Part shown: positions 1-11,600 of the stretch, in pieces | Position numbering within the stretch: the first letter of the stretch is position 1 | Layout: every line of letters begins with the position of its first letter | Assembly: GCA_964247055.1 (NCBI GenBank) | Contig: OZ176056.1 | Coordinates: 3,720,001-3,784,000 of the forward strand | DNA length: 64,000 nt | Origin: Paragordius varius | Taxonomy: Eukaryota; Animalia; Nematomorpha | Direction: 5' to 3' | Translations under genes and position numbers: made by a program | Notes under the pieces: model-generated | Database searches by the model: none | Told to the model about the DNA's origin: nothing | Seen by the model: the letters and a program-made list of their open reading frames with translations, nothing else

Positions 1-459
1 AATAAGATCGTAAAAAAATAAATTGTTTTTTTTTCAATATATATAGAGAAAGGAACTAGTAGATATATACCTGTTGTAATTACACTATACAGGTAATATT
101 TTAATTTTTTATTTTCAATTTTTTAAGAAGTATATAAGAAAAAGAAACAAGGATAATTTAATGTATTGTAGAGAAAGAATGATGTTGAAATAGCAGGGAA
201 AAAAAATTGCTTAATATAATATTCACACCTTGCTGTTAAATTGAGTAAATAATACCTACAAAACAATATATAAAAAATAAAAACAATGTTAGTTTATATA
301 TACCTAAGGCAAGTGTCTTTATAATAACACCTTATTTATAAAAATTTTCATTGAAATTTCTTAACGTTTCTTTTTTTAAACAAAGTTAATCAGATATATA
401 GAGATTATTTAAAATATTTAACCACTAATATAAATTACTTAAACCAGATTTAGCCAAAA

Positions 460-1684
460 CACTGTGTGCAAAAAAGAGGGTCATTTTGATTTATCGAATT
501 TTTATTTTTCATGAGATAGCTTATGATCAGGGAATTTTTGCCGAAATTATTATTTGTTGACAACCTAGTTTTTGAAATATTGAGAGAAAATCGAAATCGG
601 GCAAAAAGTGAAAATTAAGGATAATTCAAAAAAATAATGATAAAATTTGAAATATTATGGTTTATTATCATTTTATGATATAATTTCAATATATAAGCAG
701 CCTAAAATCAGATAGTTAGGGTTTCTATAATATATCAGCTCAAAAGATGGCGTTTCTCTTTTAAAACCCTCACAACGTAATTTTTTTTATAAAACTATAT
801 TATGATTTTTTTTAATTATTTATTAGCTAAACTCACTATTAAAATCTTAACCATATTTTATTCAGTGAAAAAATTATATATTAAAATAAAATCAAAAATA
901 TTGTTCTTTATTTTTACATTTTTTTGTCATCTGGTTTGTGAGTGTATAAAAAATTTATACTGTTTTATTTTAGAATCTTACATGAGTGCGAATTATAAAT
1001 ATATAATTTATGCAAAATAGGATTTAAAATTAATGGAATATTAACTATCAATCGTACAAATCCCAATAAAAATATTAATTTGTCATAAAACAGACTTGTT
1101 ACAGGGATTTGTAAGGATTGTTGGATGATATTCCACTGCTTTTAAATCCTATTTTGCATAAATTATATACTTAATCTTTCCCAAGTAAGAATCTAAAATA
1201 AAACAGTATAATTTTTTATATACTACCAGGTGACAAAAAAATGCAAAAATAAAAAACAATATTTGTTTTATTTTGATTTGAAAGTTTATTTTACTGAATA
1301 AAGTATGAATGTTAAATAGTGAGTTTAGTTAGTAAATTAAAAAAAATTATTTAAATTCATTAAATTTTTTTTGTCTTTTAAGTGTGATAAAAGAAAAACG
1401 CCACCTTTTGAGCTGAAATTTTATAGAAACCCCAACTCTATAATTTAGGCTATTTTTTTATTGAAAATATCTCTTAAAATGATAATAAACCATAATATTT
1501 CACATTTTATCATTATTTTTTGAATTATCCTTATTATCCGTAATTTTCACTTTTTCCCCCTCAATTTTGTCTCAATATTTCACAAACTAGGTTGTCAACA
1601 AATAAAAAATGCTGAAAATGATTCCTCTGGTCATAAGCTATCTCATGAAAAAAAAAATTATTGTTAAAAATTTTTTTGCACACC
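460..1684. mobile_element. Foldback/long-TIR non-autonomous element, family A, copy 1 (near-complete, ~600-bp inverted arms, ~35-40-nt spacer)
   Basis: Starts CACTGTGTGCAAAAAAGAGGGTC and ends TTTTTTGCACAC. The arms are imperfect reverse complements along their length (catgagatagcttatga / tcataagctatctcatg; gttgacaacctagttt / aaactaggttgtcaac; tacaaatccc / gggatttgta). Four more copies lie in the window. Confidence 0.85.
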
Positions 1685-2759
1685 AAATAATATCTATATA
1701 TGTCTTTATTCGCCAAGATAGCATATGGTCGTATCGGGGCTTAAATTAAAAAGTGTATAAAATGAAAATCCATATTAAATATTATAGGGCTTTTCTTCCT
1801 ACCTTATACAAGTTTATCTAAAGACATTTATAAAAATATAAATTCCTAGCTTTGGACATCCGTAAAAGGTTTGTAGGCCCACTCAAATTTAAAAAAAATT
1901 TTTTTATTATTTATTTATTCTCCGACAAAGTGTTGCCAAACTCAGAATCAACCTGTCAGTTAAGCTCCAACCCGTGTAAAAATTCGGGGTCGTTAAATAT
2001 TTACACCTTATGAAATATATTAAACAGAATTGACCCGCTTTTATAAACTAGTATTTACCCGCTTAAATGTCATTTCAGCAGAAAAACCCCTAAATGTAAA
2101 TTTTGAAACTATTTTTCACCCAAGTTATTAATATGTATATGAATACCATCAATATTCAGGCATTTCTTTCATATAAGCACAAATTTAGTATCGATTATCT
2201 ATATCGGCCGCTGGTTAGCGCTTTAAAATCCAACATCATATGAAAAGGTGGGACTGTGAAGCTAACTTACAGAAAACCTATGAAACCTTATAGGTTCATA
2301 CAGGATTGAGTACCCGTATAAAATCAAAATATTATCACAAATTTATGTCCGGCGCCTTATTTCAATTAGCCGCTTGTAGAGTGCTTTAAGCAAATACGCT
2401 AACATAGAAATATAATTTAGCTTTGAAACAATAGGTATTAATATTAATTTAATATTTTCCATACAAGCATCTTTATTGAACCTTTTTTCAAATAATTGCT
2501 GGGAATGGCCCATTTTATAAAATGTGCTACCATATAACAATTAATATGGGTTTGAGAAATGTTATAGAACTTTTGAGATTACATAAAATTAATATTGGTT
2601 TCAGGAATTTCCTACATAAAGGCTAAAATATTAGATCGCTTTCTTATATTGACCCATGTATAAGACTCGACCATCTGTAAACTACGCCATCGTGCAAATA
2701 TGATTTGGCTTGGCTTCTAGGCAATTTTCCAAACCCTATAAAGTTTTGGGTAATAATCT

Positions 2760-3843
2760 AACCAAATGCAGTCATAAGTATTTACCTGTTTTTTGATAAA
2801 AATGTGTAATTTTGAAAGGAAAGGATTTATTATATTTAAAAATTTCATCGGCTTCTACACACGCCCGTTTCTCAGGTAATATGGAATCTTAAAAAATGGT
2901 TTTCTTTTGCGTAAAACCATTTGTCAAGCCATTTTTCAAAATCTTTGAAATAATTATAAATAGTTTTAATAGGGTTGGCCCCTTGATGCGAAGATGTTTT
3001 AGTCACATATTTCCCATCAAAGCGGTTTCAAGATCTTTTACTGGTTTTGTTGGGTATGATGGAGCATTGTCATAGCAAAATCATTTTGCCATATCTTCTG
3101 CCCAATTCTTTAAGTATCGTTTAAATGTTTATTGGATGGAGAGAGTATTCTTACGGCTTTATCCTGTTTCAAAAGTTCATAATACACAATACTGGTCTGG
3201 CCCCTCTAGAAAGAGTTCGTGCGAGGTTGCCGAAACATGGCCTTAGTATCAATGGACCCTTTTAAAAAAGTAAAAGCGAAGACTTTTTCCGCTTTTACAA
3301 GCCAATCTAGTTCTCATCACCCGTCACATTTCGATGCAAAAATGATTTTGTTTGGCCAGGATTTCACAACTCACTATGCAATTTTTGATTTTACGATAAA
3401 AATTGCGTTGGGCCCATTCGCCAATTTTATATATCCATTGAATTGTAGACGTCTCCTGATTGTTTTTATCATGCATATAATGTGTCTGCCAGTTGTGGTC
3501 GAAATTGAGTTGGGTCATTCAATAACTCTTGCAATTGTTCTTTTTTGCAATTGTATGATCTGCCCATACTCTTTCATATAGATGGCTACTTTTTATATTA
3601 TCATGCTTCACATGTGTTTATTTATGGAGCATGTTCACCATATGTTTTTGCCAGCAAACAATAAACTTTAACAGCCTTTTTTCTGATAACAATGCGTGCC
3701 GTAAATGCTCTTTTTCAGTCATAATTCGACTGAAATATGCTAGTTTTTGGAAAACTCAACTTTGTTTGTCGTTTAATGTCAAGATGAAAATGGGATGTGC
3801 ATGATTCGTATGCTCTTCTCTAACAACCGTATGACTACCATAA
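2760..3843 (-). mobile_element. Decayed mariner (Tc1/mariner, Mos1-like) transposon
   Basis: Minus-strand fragments translate to mariner motifs broken by stops and frameshifts: IGEW, LHRNVTGDE, IVYYELLKQ, DNAPSYPTKPVKD, FEKWLDKWFYAKE...LPEKRACVEAD. The end at ~2765 (gtcataagtatttacctgtttttt) resembles the end of the copy at 40822. Ends approximate. Confidence 0.85.
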
Positions 3844-4149
3844 ATTATAGTCAAGCGCTCTTTACTAATATTGTTAGGTAAACCCCATTAAAATCGCTAT
3901 CATGTTAAAATAATTTGACATTGCATTTTCAAAAAAATCATGAGGCCATATAGAATCAAGAATTGCTTTATACCAGAGCTTTTTAAACTATTGGTCGCGA
4001 CCCCATTTGGGCTCGCTAGTGATAAAAATACAATTTAACATAAAATGTTGATTTGTAAAATTATTGTTATAAAGAAAAATAACAATCATCGTAGATAAAT
4101 ATATCATAAAATATTCTGGTTGGGAAATATTGATTATACCAGCATTTCT

Positions 4150-4627
4150 ATTCCGATCATTATAATCTATATATTTATAAAAATGGAAAATGCTGGCTTT
4201 GTGATCTGTTGCCGGAAAACCGGTAGACCCATTAAAATCCAAATGTCAAAAAATATAATCATTAATGAATGCCCCAACAATAGCTTCGCCCTTTTTCGAA
4301 TTAGGCTCCCAGTTCGGACCCACCCGTTGTAAAAACGGTTTTTTTAACATAAGTCCACAAAAATCGTGTCTTTGCGACAAAATTCCGGAAAACGTGTTAG
4401 ACCATTCGATTTCAAATATGATTTTTTTACTTTTTTTCGATCGCGCCGAACATAATCGGCTTACTTTTTTAATTTAGGTATCATTTTACCCGTTCCCCTC
4501 GTATTTTCAAAAAAACTAAATAATTTTTTGCTAAGGGTAAGAGCCAATTAAAATTCACTGAGGATTTCAATTCCCTGTGGCCAAAATTTTAGTCTTCTGT
4601 TTTTTTAATATTGGCTGGTGGGTAAAC
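4150..4627 (-). repeat. ~480-bp dispersed repeat (possibly Helentron/HINE-like), nested in the hAT element
   Basis: Reverse complement of 7890-8390 (shared gctattgtcggggcattcattaatgatta, ctaccggttttccgg, ccatttttataaatatatagat). Classification is tentative. Confidence 0.7.
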
Positions 4628-5329
4628 AGATAGCCGCTAAAACTGCGCCACTCTATAGAATTGCGTTGTTTTGGAGCTAATTTACAGAAAATTTATGAAG
4701 CCATATGAGCTTATTAAAAGCATGAAATATTACCCGTAGCTAGGTAAAACCCAGGCGTTTTTATTAGCCGTTAACTTGGGGCCTTTATGCACTAAAAATA
4801 CGTCATCATTAACGATTTTTTAATGTTAAGGTATTTTTAACCCATGAGACGATGGTATCAAAGATAATTCCGAATATTTGCCCTATAAAGGTAAAGGATT
4901 TAACTCAGCTTCCATATAGGTCTATGGGTAGGAGTTTACCGGTTTAAAACTGAGACGCCATATAAAAATGGCGTAGTTTTGGAGGTAATTTTCAAAAAAG
5001 TTAAGACATACGAGTTCAGTTAAACACATTTCTGGGGAATTTCTATAATATCATTCTTTCCTTTAAAAAGGGACCACAAATGATTTACTTTTTATATCCC
5101 TTGATCCCAGCTGTGTGAACTTCAAAAGAAAACTCTCTACCATGATTACGTAAAACGAAAATCTTAAAATAAATTCAATGATAGTAAATAACTTTAATAA
5201 TGGACAGATGAAATTTGGTCAATTTCGAGTAAACAATATTTGAGCCTATGTTTTTATGAAATTTTTTTATTTTTTTTTATATCTCCATTAACTCTATTTA
5301 TTGCAAATTATTAAGAATAATTATCGGTC

Positions 5330-5367
5330 TGACTAGGCCACAGCGACGCGTGACAGGACCAGATAGT
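5330..5367 (+). mobile_element. Possible Helitron 3' terminus
   Basis: ggccacagcgacgcgtgacaggaccagatagt resembles the GC hairpin plus CTAG|T end of invertebrate Helitrons, but is degenerate. No 5' TC end identified. Confidence 0.35.
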
Positions 5368-6549
5368 ATCTTGTACAAATTTACTATGCAGAAAATGTTA
5401 AGGAATTTGATAAAAAATGTAGATTTATTTTTGTCAATCTCTTAAAACCGAAATAATCCTGATAAATATTATCAACAAAATTTCTAAATATTCGAAGAAA
5501 CTATTATTTTTTTTTATATTTGTCGGGGTCGTTAAGAAACTCGCAATCATAAATGGGGTCGGGAACCACAAAGGTTTAAGAAGCCCTGCTTTATACAGGC
5601 AAAAATTTTAGGGAGAGCTCTTTTTAAATTATTTGCTGAGAACCACTCTCCAAAAATGCACCAACAAGGTGATGTGATTTGGTATCAATTACAGGCAACG
5701 ATACCATTAACATTAATAATGTTTAATTTTCCCCTTATAAAGGAAAATATTTTAGTTAGGTGCTTTTTTTATTAAGCTGAGCAGCTCCGCACATGTAAAA
5801 TGACGTGATTTGCAAGCGTGTTTTCATAAAATTTGCCCACATCTTTCAATTGATTCTCTTAGCATTTGAATTTAGTTTCGTATGATAAGGCTAGCGCATC
5901 AAACTCATATATATATATATATATATATATTGTGTTGTTTAAATTAACTCACAGCCAAGCGCATCGTAGGCTAGCACTTATAAAAACCCTTAATTAACAT
6001 TTTTTCTTATAAATAATAATTATTTCAATCCAATTCATATATATTCTTTATACGTGTCAAATCATAATTGTTGTCGAAGTTCATGGTCTTCTTCTCTAAA
6101 ACAGGGTCCTCAAAATTGCTTCAAAATCGTCGCATGTTACTTTTTGATTAGTCGCAAAAAAGTAAAAAATAAGGTAACATTTACCCCGTATTATTAAATA
6201 AAAGATTCTCTATAGCGTAAATTACCCAAAATTTAAATAAGATGCTAATTTGTTTAAGGGATACATAGATCAAAGCTTCTAATTTTAATTTGCTGAAATA
6301 AAATATTAGATAGTTTTCTTATTGTTGTAATTTAAATTCAATCAATTAAGCATCTATGGTTTAAAAATTATTAACAGGTTCGCTTCTGTTAAATAAATAA
6401 TGTATTTTTGGAATTTAACTACTAGATTCTGAATCGGAATCTTTCCAAGCAAAACAAAGAGCTGATTTTATCAAAAAATATTAAGAACCAGATGCTAAAA
6501 TTATGCAGAATTATTTACATTCCCCTACATAAATCGCTTTAATTACATA

Positions 6550-7609
6550 AACCATTTGCACTTCAAGAGTGTCCTTTAACACTTCAGGTTGACCCTTGTA
6601 CTTTTCATGGTCCTTGAACACTCAAGTTGGTCTTTAAACACTTTAAGTTGGTCCTTAAAATTTTAAAATTTTGATTTAACCATAATTTTTGCGTGTATTT
6701 TTTATATTATCAAATTTAACTAAATCTTTCTCATATACTATATATATATATATATACTGTGTGCAAAAATATTTTTAACAAAAAACTTTTTTTCCATGAG
6801 ATAGCTTATGACCAGCGTATTCATTTGCCGCAAAAATTTTTATTTGTTGACAACCTAGTTTTAACAATATTGAGAGAAAATCGAAATTGTGAAAATTAAT
6901 GATAATAGGATAATTCAAAAAATGATAAAATTTGAAATATTATGGTTTATTGCCATTTGGGAGATATTTAGTCTGTTTTGTGACAAATTAATATTAGTAT
7001 TAGGATTTGTACGGATTACTGGTTGATATTCCACTAATTTTAAATCCTATTTTGATAAAAATATATACTTAATAATTCCCACTCATGTAAGAATCCAAAA
7101 TAAAACAGTATGAATTTTTTATACACTCATAAACCAGATGACAAAAAAATGCAAAAATAAAAAACAATATTTTTGGTTTTATTTTGATATATAGGTATTT
7201 TTTACTGAATAAAATAAGAATGTTAAGATCTTAATAGTGAGTTTAGGTAGTATTAATTTAAAAAAATTATTTTAATATAGTTTCATTACATTTTTTTGTC
7301 TTTTAATTGTGATAAAAGAACGCCATCTTTTGACCTAAAATTTGATAGAAACCCTAACTATATAGTTTTAAGCTATTTATATATTGAAAATATGTCCCAA
7401 ATGACAATAAACCATAATATTTCAAATTTCATCATTAGTTTTTGAATTATCCTATTATCATTAATTTTCACTTTTTGCCCGATTTCGATTTTCTCTCAAT
7501 ATTGCCACTAGGTTGTCAACAAATAAAAATTTTTGCGGCAAATGAATTCACTGGTCATAAGTTATCTCATGAAAAAAAATTTTCGTTAATTCAAAATGAC
7601 CCTCTTTTC

Positions 7610-7651
<42 letters not shown>

Positions 7652-7889
7652 TTCAAAAATAAATTTTTTGTTATCCAATTTAACAAAATATTAATATTTA
7701 AATGTTTTCAATGAATAATAAATAATAACCCAAATATATTTTTTAAATACGTATTAGAATCTTATAAATATCCAAATTTTAGTTTTAATTTAGTTAAATA
7801 ATAGAAAATAGATAAAAGTTAAAAAAAACAACAAAGTCAAAGGACTCACTTGAAGTGTTCAAGGACCAACTTGAAGTGTTCAAGCACTA
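6550..7889. mobile_element. MITE family B (TATACC-type terminus, 21-bp subterminal arrays) split by a nested foldback element
   Basis: Left arm ccatttgcacttcaagagtgtcc plus tandem units of cttcaagttggtccttgaaca; inverted units at 7838-7889. Uninterrupted copies at 49615-50075 and 57346-57885. Confidence 0.7.
6756..7613. mobile_element. Foldback family A, copy 2 (one arm internally deleted, inverted relative to copy 1), inserted in a (TA)n tract
   Basis: Starts actgtgtgcaaaaat, ends aaaatgaccctcttttcaca, with (TA)n on both sides. The spacer is the reverse complement of the copy 1 spacer. Confidence 0.85.
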
Positions 7890-8390
7890 ACTTACCCAGC
7901 AGCCAATATAAAAAAGGCACGACTAAAATTTTTGCCTTTTAACAGGGAATATCTGGAATCCTCATTTAATTTTTCTCATACCTTGGGCCTAAAATAGAAT
8001 CAAAAAATTATTTTTGTGGACTTGGTTTTTTTGAGAAAATGACATTTTACGGGGGGAGTGGATAAAAAGAGGGCCTAAATTAAAAAAAGCGATCCGACTA
8101 TGTTCGGTGCAATCGAAATAATTAAAAAAATACATATTTGAAATCGAATGGTCCAACACGTTTTCGGGAAAATTGTCTCAAAACGATTTTTGTGGACTTG
8201 TGTTTTCAAAAAACCCGTTTTTTACACGGGGTGGGCCCCAACTGAGGACCTAATTTAAAAAAGGGCGAAGCTATTGTCGGGGCATTCATTAATGATTATT
8301 TTTCGAATTTGGATTTAAATGATCTACCGGTTTTCCGGAAACAGATCACAAAGCCACCAATTTCCATTTTTATAAATATATAGATTAATG
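7890..8390 (+). repeat. ~500-bp dispersed repeat, second copy of 4150-4627
   Basis: Starts cttacccagcagcc and ends with the hairpin accggttttccgg followed by ccatttttataaatatatagat. Confidence 0.7.
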
Positions 8391-8651
8391 GTATTACCAT
8401 ATCTAATCCATTTATGGTTTGATGTCTGAAATAAAAAAACTTAAACAGTCCGACTGGTCAATATTATTCAATCGATTAAGCCTTAATTTGAAGATGTATT
8501 AAGATGTTAATCCAAAATATATTATTTAAATTATTTTTCATCCTTAAATGTATCTAATACATATAGGGATAAAGAGCCTAATTATTAAAGTCATTAGATA
8601 CAGTAATTAAATACTTCTTTTTTCATACAACTTTTTCCTGATATATATGCA

Positions 8652-11600
8652 ATGCGAAATAAATTTAAACTCTATGTGCTTAGAATATGGAAATTCATGT
8701 TAATATTTATAATCTGTTTATATGGTGCAATTTTGTTTGTTAAAAGTTTTAACAACTCTAAAACGGTCATCAATTCGCTAGAATTATACCCTTCTATTGA
8801 TTATGAAGAATTATATCCGATAGTGTTGGAAGATACGATTCCAAAAGCAGTATCATATATTTTTAAACTATAATTAACTAAATATATTAAAAATACAATA
8901 TTTGTTTCTATATACAAAAGTCCCTAAAGAAAATATTTTATTATAAAATGACAACGTGATTTAATAACTTCAAATATTCAGTGTTTGAATGATAGCTGTT
9001 TGATAAAAATAAGTTATATTATTATCAATAAAAATATTAGACTAGCAATGTCTTAAAGTTTTTTTTCAACAATAACTTTTTGGCAATAAGGTCGTTTGTT
9101 AAAGGATGACCATTTTTACCTTGATGAAATAAAACATAAAAAATAACTGATTACTTTTATAAAGTAACAAATAATTAATATTTTTAATATGAATATCATT
9201 TATTTTTTGCCTTATTAAATAATGTTTGTTGCAAGAAAACTTATTTTATATCTGATCGTCATATTATTCGTTGGGTTACTACTGAAGATTCGAGAACATA
9301 GCTATATATTTTTTGAACAATATAATAGTTTTGTGGGTATTAGAGTCAACTCTAAATCTAACCATTCTCCTCTGTTTAAGGTATATTCTGGTTGATAAAC
9401 TATCTTAAATAATTTTTGAAATACATCATTGCATACTATATAAAAAAACATAACAGAATAATTCATGCCTTACCTAACGATTTTAAGGGAAAATTTTTAA
9501 TTCTTTTGCAATTGTTAACTCAATAGATGCCTAATTCAAAAATAATTGTTGCGATTTAGTTGACGTTACTTATAGGGTTATCTATTATGCAGCATTTTTC
9601 AATCAAAAACAACAATTTTTCTAAACGCATTTTTTTAACCAAAAATAGCATTTTTTCGATGGTTTTTGCTTATAAATGCTGCGTTTGCTTAAAAAAATAT
9701 TTTGACTGAAAAATGGTATATCAAATTTCGCGTCGACTCCCTAAACAAAATATCCAATACCAATTAGCTATAAAATAGGGATGAATTTTAAATCAATGTC
9801 ATAGTTTTTATTTCTATGCCTACCTGAGTATAAAACTTTGTTTATTAAATGATGTAATATTGGTGCGTTAAAACGCTTTTGTCCTTAAACTTATATAATA
9901 TACCATTTTCAGTAAAAATCAACACTTTTACAATCAAACGCATCATTTTTTCAAGCAAACGCAACATTTTTAGTTCCGTTTAGATGGAAAATGTTGCGTT
10001 TGCTGAAAAAATATTGCGTTTAGATAAAAACATGTTGCATGTGATTATGTGTTAGAGAGCAAAATGGATTGTCGTAACTAGCATAAATTATCCAACTGAA
10101 GATATTAAAAAAATATCCCAATTAGAAGAATGGCAACTATTGGTGGTTGCCGATCAAAAAACTCCCAAAAATTGGAGGTTAGTAATTCTTTATTGAGCTT
10201 TTTTAAATCTCATTTTATAATTTTTTTTTTGCAATTAACTAGAAATTTTATGCATATGTTTAATATCTCTAAAATATTTTAGTAACTTTAAATTATTTAT
10301 AAAAGATATTTATGTCGAAATTAAATTATATAGTCATCCAAATGTGATATTCCTCGGGACCGATGATCAAATAAAATTGAACTATCGAATTTTAAAGTAT
10401 GTGCCTTGGAATGCGTATACACGCAAAAATATTGGCTACCTTTACGCGATTCAAGTATGATTTTATATCTTTTAATAAAAACGCTTATCTTACTACTGAA
10501 ACTTGGCATATAATGGAGAATTTAATTTCTTCAATCTTTAATTTTTATAAATTTTTAAATATTATAGCAGAATATTAATATTACAAATTAAAAATTTTTA
10601 AAATAAGTAATTAAATAACTTTCTTCGTGATGCCACCAAGATACTTAGCACAACCAAATGGGCTTTATAAAAGTGTACTTGCGATTTTTATCTTAAAATT
10701 AAACGAAAAAATGCTGATAAGTTTATAGGAAGGGCTCATGAATCGATAAGCAAGTTACATAATTGATTATAATTTAAACTTTAATCCCTTTAGCACGGAG
10801 CCCAATATATCTACGATACGGACGATGATAATAGACCTATTAACTTGGACTATTTCAATTTCGAAACAGTGGATGATATTTCAATAGTTGCGGCACCCAA
10901 AGAAAAAGTTTTTAATCCGTTTGGACATTTTGGCCAGGTTGATATATGGCCTAGAGGTAATTATTGAATTTGCCTCTATTTAACATTTTAGTTTGTAGAG
11001 TAAAAAGAGTTAAGTTTTGATGTATATACTTTCAAGCATGTTCAACAAATGCAGATGATTTACTTGAAAATTAAAAAACTGTTTTGCATTGTTCATTTTA
11101 AAATGATATCAAGGTGTAGTAACGCGAGAAACAGTAAAACAATAAGATTTAATGAGATAAATACAAAAACTATAAAATTTGCGATGTTTATATACTTTTT
11201 GTGTATATAATATTTACATGTCTAGGCCAAAGTAAAATAACGTGTGCAGGGTACATTTAAAAGTGATTCAATATAGATGGTCATCAAAAATGCATTCAAA
11301 TCTAATATATAAATTTGTCAAGTCTAAGGTTATCTAACTGATGTATGTAATCATATCTCCTTATCCGAATCTGAGCCGATCTGGTGCTTTTCTTTTTCTA
11401 AGAGATTCTTCTTTCTGGTTTTTTCTCAGTTGTGTTTTCCGTTTTCCTTTCAACCTGAGTGTCTTTCTCGTTTTTTCTTTTCTTTTTGTTCCTCCCCCAC
11501 TTTCCCGATTATTGGTTGTAATATTACATTCATCGGTTTGGTTTATCGTTGAACCACCATCATCCCTATCTTCGCCCTTCTCGACGCCGGTCGGCCGTAA

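Larger units (their letters stand above)
3974..5588. mobile_element. Non-autonomous hAT element with perfect 8-bp TSD, carrying nested insertions
   Basis: TIRs CAGAGCTTTTTAAAC and GTTTAAGAAGCCCTG. The octamer CTTTATAC lies on both flanks (3966-3973, 5589-5596). A partial copy without the nested material is at 57999-58290. Confidence 0.85.

Noticed and set aside
802-1020. ORFs 802..1020, 7442..7651 and 30505..30696
   Set aside because: They lie inside foldback family A copies and have low-complexity AT-driven composition.
2343-2540. 65-aa minus-strand ORF
   Set aside because: No recognisable motif or splice context; flanked by degenerate repeats.
3219-3581. Antisense ORFs 3219..3581, 11341..11604, 11549..11746, 12401..12586, 13725..13988, 13931..14281, 24361..24627, 25289..25612, 54615..54854, 60782..61027, 62101..62292, 62890..63108
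   Set aside because: Shadows of real exons or transposon remnants on the opposite strand.
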